Shown piece by piece: positions 34,156 to 45,960 of a stretch of DNA of 64,000 nucleotides (position 1 is its first letter; the number at the start of each line of letters is the position of its first letter). The stretch is from the NCBI GenBank assembly GCA_964036045.1, contig OZ038378.1:183582001-183646000 (forward strand). The letters are read 5' to 3'. Under the pieces are notes generated by a model. That model was not told the origin of the DNA and searched no databases. It saw only the letters and a list, made by a program, of their open reading frames with translations. This DNA comes from Eutreptiella sp. 'Long Island Sound 2002'. Taxonomy: Eukaryota; Protista; Euglenida. Both the position numbers and the translations under genes were made by a program.

Positions 34156-36773
34156 TGGCAATCCGTCGATCTGCTTTAGCACACAGAAAGAGAGCCTTCC
34201 GGGAGGGGGCTGAAGGGAGGTGCTGACCAACCACCAACCACCAACCATTAGCATTTGTCCCCGTGGGCGGCATGTGGTGTTGCAAAACACCGTTTGTGGA
34301 AGTGTCTCTTCATTGGGTGCTTCGGCGCTTGTGAGGCAGCAAATCCGGGGTGGAGAGGATGCAGTGGGGGGCCTGGGGATCTGGGGTAGGAGGGAGTGCC
34401 TGGTGGTGGGAGGCCGGGGAAGTGGGGAGTGCTGGCTCTTGGGAGCCCTGGGGAGAAGGGTGTGGGGGGTGCTGGGAGCGTGGGGGAGGAGTGAGTGCCG
34501 GGTGCAAGCATGAGGGAGGAAGTGTGATCGTGGTGCATTGGGAGGCTTGGGATGGCGTCTCCGGGGGAAGGGACGTCCGCATTGGACCGAAATGTGGCAC
34601 GCTTCTGCTACCCTTGCAGAGCATCTGCGTCAGGGTGGCCACATTGGATTTTGCCGGCTGTTGTGGGCCAACTCTGGTGGTCCTACACCAATGCTTCAGG
34701 GGCACTGCTTCTTGTGGCGGAGGCAACAGCGGCATGCGGAGAAGCCAGTGCTGGCGGTGCCTTTGCAACTTGGGTTAGGGTGTGTTGATCTGCACCACGC
34801 GCAGGCAGTGGGCGGGGCGGTTCTAGCTTGGGGTGTGGTCTCCTCGTGGGGGCGATGGTGGGCACCCGTCACAGCGTGTCTAGCATACGTGCCGCCCGCT
34901 CCTCAGTGCGCCACACAAAAAGACTTCGTGCGATGCACATTCCGGACCTCCACGTCTGCAGAGCATTGCGTTGGGGGTTGAGCAACGCAAACCGGCAGCG
35001 CGCACAGTCCCTGTAGACCCCATTGATTAAAGCAGCGGCGTGGCAGCCCTTGTTTTCTCTGATGAACACAAGGGTCTTGGGCGTGAGCGGGTCTCGGAGG
35101 GTGGAATTTGCCCTTGGCACGCGCTTGAACGCAAAGGTTGTTCCGGCCAAAGGTTCGAGTGTTCCAACAAAAATGGCCGGAACAAAAAAACTTCGAAGTT
35201 CATTTACCCCCCAACCAAGCACACCCAGACATGCTATGAAACTATGTCGTTTGCTAGCCTAGGGGCACCCCGCTGGTACTTTAAGATTTGTCGTATTCTG
35301 TGTTGTCGTGCGAAAAATACTTGCATTCAAAAACAGTTTTTGCTGGAACACCACCGGAACACCGCCGGAACAAGTTACCGGAACACCACCGGAACACGCA
35401 AGGGACAGAAAGACGAAAGGGCGGATAAAGGGTACGTGGAACATACATTGTAGGTCAAGGTGCCGGCGAGGGCGCATGGGGTTGTTCTCCTTTCGGGTCG
35501 TTCGCCAGTAGTCTTTGTTCCTCATGGGGCCAAAGAGCATCATGGAACTTTTCCCACCGGCCCCACTACTCCCCCCTTCTCAATCTCTAACCACCACACC
35601 GTCACCCTGCACCCCTACCCTCAGAGTTTTGTCCCTGTTAGCCGTGGGTGCCCCCCCCCCCCCCCTCCCCTCACGTACGCACACAAAGACGATGATGAAG
35701 GCACCTCCACACACCCATCCCCTCCCACATACATCCCTCCTTCCTCCTTCCTCTACTAGAGCTTTTTGGTTGTGGGCAGTAAAGGAGATCCTAAAAATGT
35801 GTACCCCCGGTGACAGTAGACCCGGGTCTACTAATTTTGTGACCCGAGCCCAAGAGCCTCGGTCTTATTAAGTGGTCTTTAAGAAAGTGGGTCTTGTACT
35901 CTTTAGATCCAGAGCATATTGTGACCTGTTTTCTCAAGCACCGGAGACTGCCAGTTTCGGTGACACACCTTTTGTCAATTTTCATTTGTTGACCAAAAAA
36001 CATTTTTGGGAGGGCATTCCCTTATGCTCCGCAAAAATTTCCCCAATGGGTCTGATAAAGTGTATTTTTTGAAAGTAGGTCTTATAAATTTTTCCCGGGA
36101 ATGACCCGAAAAATGGGGTGGGTGTTACAGAAAGGCCTTCTGCAGGTGGGCCTACTGTCATGGGGAGGGGAGAGTAACTTGACCAAGTTGATACGGAGTT
36201 GAATTCAAAGTCAACAACATTGGTTGGCTCGACACAAGTTACTTTTCTTCGCTTTTCCTCCATTAACAATTTGCGTCCTGTTCAAGTTTGAGACTTTGTC
36301 ATTGAGGAACACATTCGGGTTGCATTTTATTTTGCTGCCGTGCCCTCCTCAACCCTTTGACACTTGTGACATGGACAATGGTTCGTTGCCGTAAATCATG
36401 TCGCCAAAAGAACTGTGAATGGTGAACAGGGCCATAAGTGTAGAACCCCATGTTATGCAAAGCAAACAACCAACAAGAAAAAGTAGACATCGTTCCAAGC
36501 GGTTGTTCATCCCCTTCCACATAACTTTGAGGTGCCTTCTTCTTTGGCGAATGCAGCTAGCGGTGCACCATATGCTATCCGATTCCGACGATCCACATGC
36601 TAGGGGTAGTTTTTCACACAATTCATGCTCCGATTCATTTGGGAGCTTGGTTCGGGGTGAATTAGATTGCCAATTAGATTCGGGTTGTTGTTTGCATAAT
36701 ATTGGAAACCTTTCTTCGTCATAGCGTGTGGAATCCATCCTTGCGGTCATTGGTTGTGCCGATTCCGAATACA

Positions 36774-37307
36774 ATGTCCCGGTCGTTGCGGGTGCCATTG
36801 AGAACGGCAACGATCCTTTTACGCGGCTTACGGCGCCCATTTACCACCGCCACTTCCTGTCATGCACAAGAAGTGCTCGCCGGTTTGCAAAGTGCATCAC
36901 AGAATGAATGGTTTGAGCAACGCCTCACAAAAGCGCAACGGTTGTGGTGGGCCCTAGAGGAGCAAAAGAATGGCTTAGGAAACAATGTGACGGAGGGGCT
37001 TGCCGAGCTTCGTGACCTTGTGGAAGAGCTCGTCGGGCTCCACAACGAAGGTGAGTACGAGGACGTCTTGACAACTTGTGTGAATGGATTGTTGTTGATC
37101 CGCGAAGAGTTGGATAATGCTGTCCAGGAGGCCAAACAACAGAATCGGATGCCTGCTAATTCCTTGGCGGTGTACTACGTGTCAGAAGTGCTCGTCTTGT
37201 TGGCATCGGATATGCAATATGCAGAATTGTTGAGTCCCAGTGACGCCGAAGAAATTATGGAGGCAATCGAACCGTTGATTGAGATAGGGGCTACGGGTTT
37301 GTTGTGA
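36774..37307 (+). CDS. 177-aa intronless, predicted alpha-helical protein with a mitochondrial-presequence-like N-terminus
   Basis: ATG at 36774. The N-terminus MSRSLRVPLRTATILLRGLRRPFTTATSCHA is Arg/Leu/Thr-rich with no acidic residues and is followed by an acidic amphipathic body. No family recognised. Confidence 0.5.
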   Translation: MSRSLRVPLRTATILLRGLRRPFTTATSCHAQEVLAGLQSASQNEWFEQRLTKAQRLWWALEEQKNGLGNNVTEGLAELRDLVEELVGLHNEGEYEDVLTTCVNGLLLIREELDNAVQEAKQQNRMPANSLAVYYVSEVLVLLASDMQYAELLSPSDAEEIMEAIEPLIEIGATGLL

Positions 37308-39043
37308 TTGAATCCCCTACTTGAACCACATCCATATAAACCCCGCCCGCCCCCACCCGCTTTTGTGACACCTGTGTAGGTCTCTGTTGGGGTGGAATGT
37401 AACCCAACATCTAGAGCCTCATGCAGTCTGAAAAAGCACACACGTGCCAATCCACCGTGGGTCTAACATCTGCTTGTGGCTGTTACGGGGGTGTTACATG
37501 TTGTTTGTTTAGGATAGACGGCAGCACAACGCAGGCAAATGGTCGGATTTAGAAATGTATGCGGGAGGGTTAATATTCATTTTTGCGAAGGCATGGGGAA
37601 ACGCAAGCAATCCCAACTATGTTGAGATGGTGTCCATGCACTCACTCCGGCACATGATTGATTACATCCGTTGTTCGGAAAGAAATATTCTCGCAGCACC
37701 ATCACCACACTGTGAATGCGCTTTGAATGTGGTGATGTTTGGGTTGGTGCACAAGATCCCCTAGGGACTTCGAGTCACTAGACGCATGGGATCACTTGGC
37801 AACGCTCATATTGCATAGTGCTGTGCTGAACTACAATGTACTCCTGCCGACTCTTACTAGAACAAACTGTGTTGACACGGAACTATAGGGATGTCATAAA
37901 CAAGGTGGTCTCATGGGAGCGCCGCGTTTCGGAGCAAGGGGTAGCTATTGCCCCTGTTACCCCACAATGCGGCGTTTCTACACAGTTCCGGGGTTCCTTC
38001 CCATCAGCTGGAGGCTCATGCGTAAGGCAACCAACCAGCTCAATTCCATCCCAGAGGCTGTGTACTACGCTGCGAACAAACTGCCCGTGTATCGAACTGC
38101 CCTCCGCACTTGGTCGCTCGTCGACTGGTGCCCGGTAGGGGAGCGGCTCCTTGCGGAGGAGTTCCTCTACCTCTCGCGGAAGGAAATATTGTTTCGGCAA
38201 CTTGTAGAGCTAGATGCGTGTGCCATCGAGGCAGGAGTCAGCATGGGATACCAGGCGCTGTTTACTCAAGGGGTGCTGAGTACTGAGCCGCAGGAAGAGA
38301 ATTTGATCCGCATGTTGGTGGGCCGAGTTACCGAGAAGCTGGCAGCTCAGGTGAAAATTCTTTCACGCCATCCGCCAGGGAGGAAGGAGGCAGGGAGGAT
38401 CCCAACGAAAATGCAGTGGCTCTCAAGTTTTCCGATCATTTGCCAGGGCATCCATTGGAGAGGGGGCTGCCGTCGTTGCACTCCCAGTTGGGAGCACGGC
38501 GCTGGACCAAGCCGTCGGTAGGGGCAGGGCTCGTTTGCCAGCACCTCCTAACAACAAACGCACAGGTTGTGTTCCAGTTGAATATTCATGCCTTCTCATA
38601 TCCTGGAGCCCTGCATCCGGAAGCACCCCCATAACCCCCGAAAGACTTTGATGGCCTCCGGTGCCAGCGTTGGCACTAAAGGGGAGATTGCACAGGACTT
38701 CAGCAGGTTGAATAATGTCTTGCACCTGGACCCCTGACCTGGGCTATGGTTTGGTCAACATTCTTCCGATGGATGTGTGGTTTACCCCTTGGTGGCGGGT
38801 GTCAAACGCGAAATAGCAGGGGCTGATCGCACATGAGGGGCACAAGGAAAATGGGGCTGGTCACTGTCCAAAGTGGTGGCAACACCTCCTAGTTTGCTAA
38901 GGGGGCAGCACAACAACAGTTTATAAAACTTGGTGTGTCAAATCATTGTTAGCACACCCAATGACTCGTGCAAAAGAGACTGGTGTAGAAGAAGGATGCA
39001 GAATACAAACCAATACTTGGGGCAAGGCAATGTTAGGCATGGC

Positions 39044-39247
39044 GGCCCGTTTGTACAAGCAAATGCAAGACCAGATGCTGGCTTGTATGTACTAGCCACA
39101 ATAAGTATGTCTTTGCTCAACAAGTGGAATTGTCCAATACCTGGGGCATGTTGGTGGCTTGCCAGGCAAATTGAGTGGTGTGCGGCCCTTTTTTGCCTCT
39201 TCAAACAGGCCGGCTTGCAGACCGGGATTTGCCTATACAAACGGGCC
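39044..39247. mobile_element. MITE-like 204-bp segment with 21-bp inverted ends (also present in array units 2 and 3)
   Basis: GGCCCGTTTGTACAAGCAAAT (39044-39064) versus ATTTGCCTATACAAACGGGCC (39227-39247), 19/21 complementary. TSD not established. Confidence 0.45.
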
Positions 39248-39465
39248 AGCCTTTGGCCAGCCAAATAGCCTAGCATATCGCAAGCAATCAAGCCTGGCGA
39301 CTTGGCCCCGAAGTCCTGCCCACCGTGTTACTTTGTGTGGTCAGTCAATCTGATTGGTGGGGACCATTCATGTAGTTGGAGAATCCACCATGTCAAAACA
39401 ACCTGACCAACAAGGTGACCCGCTTTTGTGTATTACTAGCATGCGAAAGGTGTATGTTGTAATTC

Positions 39466-39642
39466 GTGTAATTTTTTTTTTCGCTGTAAATGCGCGTAAC
39501 AAAAAAACCGTCAGGCCGTGTAATTTTTTTTTTGCTGTAAGTCGTGTAAGCCGGGTTACACGACTTACCGCAAAAAAAAAAATTACACGATGTGACGGTT
39601 TTTTTGTTACACGCATTTACAGCGGAAAAAAAAAATTACACG
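39466..39642. repeat. Imperfect ~175-bp palindrome (foldback) built from TTACACG/A-tract sub-repeats
   Basis: Arms meet at GTAAGTCGTGTAA-GCCGGG-TTACACGACTTAC (centre 39550-39555) and pair for roughly 85 bp. Repeated in each array unit; related one-orientation motifs at about 44675-44835. Confidence 0.8.
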
Positions 39643-42351
39643 ACTTACCGCAAAAAAAAAAAATTACACGATGTGACGATTTTTTCCTACACGCGTTTAC
39701 CACGAAAATTCAAAAATTACACAACCTTACCACAAAGGAAGAATTATCAATTTTACTAAAAAATGCCTGCCTATAGGCAATGTGCCCACCTCTGGGCCAC
39801 TTCTGATTCTGCCCCCCGCTCTGAAGCGGAGGGGACCCCCGAGGCGGCGGGGGTTATGTAGCCACCTTGCCCACTTGTGGGCCACTTCTGATTCTGCCCC
39901 CCGCTCTGAAGCGGAATAATGTCTTGCACCTGGACCCCTGACCTGGGCTATGGTTTGGTCAACATTCTTCCGATGGATGTGTGGTTTACCCCTTGGTGGC
40001 GGGTGTCAAACGCGAAATAGCAGGGGCTGATCGCACATGAGGGGCACAAGGAAAATGGGGCTGGTCACTGTCCAAAGTGGTGGCAACACCTCCTAGTTTG
40101 CTAAGGGGGCAGCACAACAACAGTTTATAAAACTTGGTGTGTCAAAACATTGTTAGCACACCCAATGACTCGTGCAAAAGAGACTGGTGTAGAAGAAGGA
40201 TGCAGAATACAAACCAATACTTGGGGCAAGGCAATGTTAGGCATGGCGGCCCGTTTGTACAAGCAAATGCAAGACCAGATGCTGGCTTGTATGTACTAGC
40301 CACAATAAGTATGTCTTTGCTCAACAAGTGGAATTGTCCAATACCTGGGGCATGTTGGTGGCTTGCCAGGCAAATTGAGTGGTGTGCGGCCCTTTTTTGC
40401 CTCTTCAAACAGGCCGGCTTGCAGACCGGGATTTGCCTATACAAACGGGCCAGCCTTTGGCCAGCCAAATAGCCTAGCATATCGCAAGCAATCAAGCCTG
40501 GCGACTTGGCCCCGAAGTCCTGCCCACCGTGTTACTTTGTGTGGTCAGTCAATCTGATTGGTGGGGACCATTCATGTAGTTGGAGAATCCACCATGTCAA
40601 AACAACCTGACCAACAAGGTGACCCGCTTTTGTGTATTACTAGCATGCGAAAGGTGTATGTTGTAATTCGTGTAATTTTTTTTTTTCGCTGTAAATGCGC
40701 GTAACAAAAAAACCGTCAGGCCGTGTAATTTTTTTTTTGCTGTAAGTCGTGTAAGCCGGGTTACACGACTTACCGCAAAAAAAAAAATTACACGATGTGA
40801 CGGTTTTTTTGTTACACGCATTTACAGCGAAAAAAAAAAATTACACGACTTACCGCAAAAAAAAAAAATTACACGATGTGACGGTTTTTTTGTTACACGC
40901 ATTTACAGCGGAAAAAAAAAATTACACGACTTACCGCAAAAAAAAAAAATTACACGATGTGACGATTTTTTCCTACACGCGTTTACCACGAAAATTCAAA
41001 AATTACACAACCTTACCACAAAGGAAGAATTATCAATTTTACTAAAAAATGCCTGCCTATAGGCAATGTGCCCACCTCTGGGCCACTTCTGATTCTGCCC
41101 CCCGCTCTGAAGCGGAGGGGACCCCCGAGGCGGCGGGGGTTATGTAGCCACCTTGCCCACTTGTGGGCCACTTCTGATTCTGCCCCCCGCTCTGAAGCGG
41201 AATAATGTCTTGCACCTGGACCCCTGACCTGGGCTATGGTTTGGTCAACATTCTTCCGATGGATGTGTGGTTTACCCCTTGGTGGCGGGTGTCAAACGCG
41301 AAATAGCAGGGGCTGATCGCACATGAGGGGCACAAGGAAAATGGGGCTGGTCACTGTCCAAAGTGGTGGCAACACCTCCTAGTTTGCTAAGGGGGCAGCA
41401 CAACAACAGTTTATAAAACTTGGTGTGTCAAAACATTGTTAGCACACCCAATGACTCGTGCAAAAGAGACTGGTGTAGAAGAAGGATGCAGAATACAAAC
41501 CAATACTTGGGGCAAGGCAATGTTAGGCATGGCGGCCCGTTTGTACAAGCAAATGCAAGACCAGATGCTGGCTTGTATGTACTAGCCACAATAAGTATGT
41601 CTTTGCTCAACAAGTGGAATTGTCCAATACCTGGGGCATGTTGGTGGCTTGCCAGGCAAATTGAGTGGTGTGCGGCCCTTTTTTGCCTCTTCAAACAGGC
41701 CGGCTTGCAGACCGGGATTTGCCTATACAAACGGGCCAGCCTTTGGCCAGCCAAATAGCCTAGCATATCGCAAGCAATCAAGCCTGGCGACTTGGCCCCG
41801 AAGTCCTGCCCACCGTGTTACTTTGTGTGGTCAGTCAATCTGATTGGTGGGGACCATTCATGTAGTTGGAGAATCCACCATGTCAAAACAACCTGACCAA
41901 CAAGGTGACCCGCTTTTGTGTATTACTAGCATGCGAAAGGTGTATGTTGTAATTCGTGTAATTTTTTTTTTCCGCTGTAAATGCGCGTAACAAAAAAACC
42001 GTCAGGCCGTGTAATTTTTTTTTTGCTGTAAGTCGTGTAAGCCGGGTTACACGACTTACCGCAAAAAAAAAAATTACACGATGTGACGGTTTTTTTGTTA
42101 CACGCATTTACAGCGAAAAAAAAAAATTACACGACTTACCGCAAAAAAAAAAAATTACACGATGTGACGGTTTTTTTGTTACACGCATTTACAGCGGAAA
42201 AAAAAAATTACACGACTTACCGCAAAAAAAAAAAATTACACGATGTGACGATTTTTTCCTACACGCGTTTACCACGAAAATTCAAAAATTACACAACCTT
42301 ACCACAAAGGAAGAATTATCAATTTTACTAAAAAATGCCTGCCTATAGGCA

Positions 42352-42686
42352 ATGTGCCCACCTCTGGGCCACTTCTGATTCTGCCCCCCGCTCTGAAGCG
42401 GAGGGGACCCCCGAGGCGGCGGGGGTTATGTAGCCACCTTGCCCACTTGTGGGCCACTTCTGATTCTGCCCCCCGCTCTGAAGCGGAGGGGACCCCCGAG
42501 GCGGCGGGGGTTATGCAGCCACTTTGCCCACTTGTGGGCCACTTCTGATTCTGCCCCCCGCTCTGAAGCGGAGGGGACCCCCAAGGCGGCAGGGGTTATG
42601 TAGCCACCTTGCCCACTTGTGGGCCACTTCTGATTCCGCCCCCCGCTCTGAAGCGGTGGGGACCCCCGAGGCGGCAAGGGTTATGT
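42352..42686. repeat. Short run (~4 monomers) of the diverged 85-bp satellite subfamily, overlapping the end of array unit 3
   Basis: Monomers GCCACTTCTGATTCTGCCCCCCGCTCTGAAGCGGAGGGGACCCCCGAGGCGGCGGGGGTTATGTAGCC, clearly homologous to the 1-9080 satellite and in the same orientation. Confidence 0.92.
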
Positions 42687-43188
42687 GGACTATGTGCTCA
42701 GCATCGTTAATGCGGATCGTGCTGTGGGGTTCGCTCAAGCGCCCGGTGATGATGTGGAGGGCGTGACCAAGCTTTCTGGCCCTCCTGAGTCCCCCCCCAG
42801 CACCCAAGTTGAAGGTGCACTTTCGGCTAAGGAGGACAGTGTTCAGGCCACCTTCACCCCACTCGAAGGCAAGGAGGCCTCCACCGAGCAGAGCGTGGAA
42901 AGCCCGGAGGCCAGGCCGCAACCTTCCGTGGACACTCCCACCGAGGAGGAGGACACCCGTCCCAAGGTCCTCATCCGTGGAGAGTGGCGCAAGGTGCCGG
43001 ATGGCTACCCAGCAGATGCATCTGGCCAGCTGGAGCGTGACCAGCTTTTCATTGATGACCTGTGCAAGCAGGTAGTGAAAGAGTTGCGCGCCGCTTGTCA
43101 CCTTAACCCCAATCCTGGTGCAAAGCCCAAGTCCGGTGACACAAAAACGGACTTGATCTACAAGCGTGCATTTTGCAACTACTTGTAG
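42685..43188 (+). CDS. 5'-truncated ORF fragment of unknown function (acidic disordered stretch plus small helical C-terminal domain)
   Basis: 167 stop-free codons with coding-like composition, starting exactly where the satellite run ends; no ATG or acceptor at the junction. Confidence 0.4.
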   Translation: MDYVLSIVNADRAVGFAQAPGDDVEGVTKLSGPPESPPSTQVEGALSAKEDSVQATFTPLEGKEASTEQSVESPEARPQPSVDTPTEEEDTRPKVLIRGEWRKVPDGYPADASGQLERDQLFIDDLCKQVVKELRAACHLNPNPGAKPKSGDTKTDLIYKRAFCNYL

Positions 43189-43304
43189 CGGGTGCATGTT
43201 TTGTGGGCTGTATTTTCCTCCGCCATTTGGTGTACCAATGGTGGAGCGTATAAGATTGCTATAATATTGGCCCCATACCAGTGCCTTGGTGGCCTATAAT
43301 GGTG

Positions 43305-44337
43305 CAGGGGGGGGGGGGGATTATGCGATTCGCATATTTTCGCATAATTTTGCATATTTTTTCGCATATTTTGGCTCCTTGCCTCTTTGTAAATTGCACT
43401 ATGTATGCTACTGCTTATCGTGGAGCCACTGTCTTTTTGGCTGTGTGTTTCTCTGAGGTTCAAGGCATCATCGCTCAATCCATCACCACTGCTGGTGTGA
43501 AGAGATGTGGTCACACGCATGTGTTGCATAGTGCATACAGATCCCAGTTTGCGTTATGCCGCTGGGATCAACCCTCGGATAGGACTCTCCTGTTCCCTTT
43601 AGACACCATGATTTCGCCAACTGAGTTCGAGAACCCCACTTCTGATGCCTCTTCTCGAGAGCGTACACAGAAGAAGCGGAAGCGGGGGTTGGGCAAAGGC
43701 GGGGCTGCAGCAAATCTCCCGGCTTGGTCCGTCCCTCTACACAGGCAGCACGCCGCCGCCGTTGGCGCTTGCACCACAAGGTGGAAGGGAAAACCAGGGT
43801 TTGGTTGAATGGTGGGAGAGCAGGCAACCTTCTGCATTCAAGGATGCAATTCAGTTTCTCATTCTGCTCCCCACTTCGAGTGGAGCGGTGGAGCGATTTT
43901 TTTCGATGGCAGGCACAGTCACAGATGCACAGCATGCCTTGAGTGACAATCTGCGCCGCATGCATTTCATGGCGAAGTTCAATGGTGATATTGAAGAGCG
44001 TTTGGTTTAGGAATTTTGGTGCCTGCCATTGACTGTGTGAGGAGTGCACATGGGACCACTTCCAAAACCCGTGGCCTTGACAGCATACATGGCACTGCGG
44101 CACATTCACATCCCTTCGGGGAGATGCCAGTGCATGCCATGACTAAAGCTGCAGTCTTTTTGCCTTTACAGATTTTCGAAAAAGGCTTGGAACCCCCATG
44201 GTGTGCCTTCGTTCAGCTATTGGCAAGAAAAAATGATCGCATATTTTGTTGCATATTTTTCGCATATTTTCGCATATTTTTCGCATAATTTCGCATATTT
44301 TGATTTTCCGTTTCATCGCATAATCCCCCCCCCCCTG
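43305..44337 (+). mobile_element. Non-autonomous hAT-like DNA transposon, 1033 bp, with poly-G/poly-C TIRs
   Basis: CAG(G)nATTATGCGAT (from 43305) / ATCGCATAAT(C)nTG (to 44337); subterminal TCGCATATTTT repeats at both ends; flanking direct repeat ATGGTG (43299-43304, 44338-44343); hAT dimerization-domain ORF inside. Confidence 0.85.
43645..44010 (+). CDS. hAT transposase C-terminal dimerization domain fragment
   Basis: VEWWESRQPSAFKDAIQFLILLPTSSGAVERFFSMAG matches the hAT WW...P.SS..vER.FS.AG motif. Confidence 0.8.
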   Translation: MPLLESVHRRSGSGGWAKAGLQQISRLGPSLYTGSTPPPLALAPQGGRENQGLVEWWESRQPSAFKDAIQFLILLPTSSGAVERFFSMAGTVTDAQHALSDNLRRMHFMAKFNGDIEERLV

Positions 44338-44967
44338 ATGGTGGCACTAGCGTTGGCCATGGCCCTGTCGGGACTCTTTTTCTTGAGCCTGATTTTGTTC
44401 CCAGTGCAGGCACACTGGATGTTGGCCATGGCCCTGTCAGGACTCTTCTCTTGGGCTTGATTTTGAGTCTAGTGCCAATGACTCCATGTGAAACTACGTT
44501 ATATTGGCCGAGTCCCAACTAATTGGTGGCCACGCAGAGTACTATGTGCTTTGTGGACTCGGCGTCCCATCGTTAAGGTTGCTATGGGGTGCCGTACGGA
44601 ACCGGCAGCTGTACATATTGCGCATGTATTGCAAAGGTTGCATTTCTTTCAATTTTTCAATTTCTTTTATAATTTACATGACTTACCGCAAAAAAAAAAA
44701 TTACACAACTTACCGCAAAAATAAAAAAGTTCAATTTTTTTCATAATTCACACGACTTACAGCAAAAAAAAAATTACACGCATTTACAGCAAAAAAAATT
44801 ACACAACTATACGGTTTTTTTGTACACGACTTACATTTTTCACATGCGAAAGACACCAGGAGTCGTGTCAATTGCTTGTGTGCCCAAGAGAATCAAGACA
44901 TGGCTACAATGATTTAACCGACAGCAACTCTCATGGGGTGATGAGCAAGAAGATGAGGTGGATGTGT

Positions 44968-45005
<38 letters not shown>

Positions 45006-45199
45006 TGTGTGTGATGTGAATGATGATGTAAATGCTTGAATTGATGCATTTTTTTTTGAGAATCTAGACAAAAACCAACATATTCTTTGTTGGAGCCAGT
45101 CTTTGGCTCTTTGCCACGTGCCCCGCATTGCGGGGATCCACTGTATCATATGCTGAGTTGCCCATGTTTCCAAGAACTGTCTTGAGTACTCTATGAACT

Positions 45200-45960
45200 T
45201 CTGGGGTCAGTCCCAAAAAAAGAATTCTTTGTTGGGGCCAGGCTTTTTCTTTTTGCATTGTTGCACTGTGTGACGCCTCGCGCACATATAGTATACTCCA
45301 ACTACAATGCGAGGCTGATCCAAGTGTACCTTGACATGAATTCCCCACTTCAAGAGCTTCAAGAAAATTGTAAGCTCTCTCTCTCTAAGCCGATTGTAGG
45401 GTATCTTCTTTTTGCGGTACCATAATTGCTGTGCATCAGTGTTATGTTTACATGTGGGTGGGTCCACGGCCGTTAATACCACCTGTGTGCCGGGGTGCAT
45501 TCTCTAGCACGGTGGTATTGTTTGTGCACCGCCGTAGCACCCTTGTTGCTCTTTGCTATTCTTTGTTCCTAACTCACCACATGCCCTACCATGTCTTCGT
45601 TCCGTTACAAATGGAGTATGGTCCTTCCTCCTTGCTTGGTTGTACACTCATTCATTTCTGGTTTTGTTGATTATGTTCCCATCCGGGGTACATATGTGGG
45701 ACCATTTTATGCTGCTTTTGTGATTGGTACCCCGAGATGGTATACGGCGAATGGACCATTGGTGTAGCGACTTGCCCCTCATAGAAGTCGGCGATGTTAG
45801 TGAGACGTCACAACCAGGTGCTTGCTGATGGAGAGGGATAACTTGGATGACCCCATGTTGCGGTAAGTCGAGAGCACCATTCGTCTATTATAACATTATA
45901 GGATATCTGCGTACACCACACCCCCAACCATTTCCCACCCGGAAGTCGCTTCCCATGTTG
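45200..45960 (-). pseudogene. Possible highly degraded LTR-retrotransposon integrase-like remnant
   Basis: Only weak motif echoes: KWGIHVKVHLDQP resembles the gypsy-type rwGiP..ihsDqG pattern; many stops and frameshifts. Confidence 0.2.

Larger units (their letters stand above)
38710..42485. repeat. Three-copy tandem array of ~1.2-1.29-kb units, each ending in ~1.5 monomers of a diverged 85-bp satellite subfamily
   Basis: Unit starts GAATAATGTCTTGCACC at 38710, 39914 and 41200; units 2 and 3 carry one extra ~82-bp AT-rich sub-repeat. Confidence 0.95.

Noticed and set aside
33799-34179. Poly-Leu membrane-protein ORF (and the poly-Arg ORF on the opposite strand)
   Set aside because: Alternative-frame readings of the CTT/CTC low-complexity tract.
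34540-35000. Candidate upstream exon of the methyltransferase gene
   Set aside because: No frame shows TPR or family motifs, and there is no convincing acceptor plus phase-0 donor pair.
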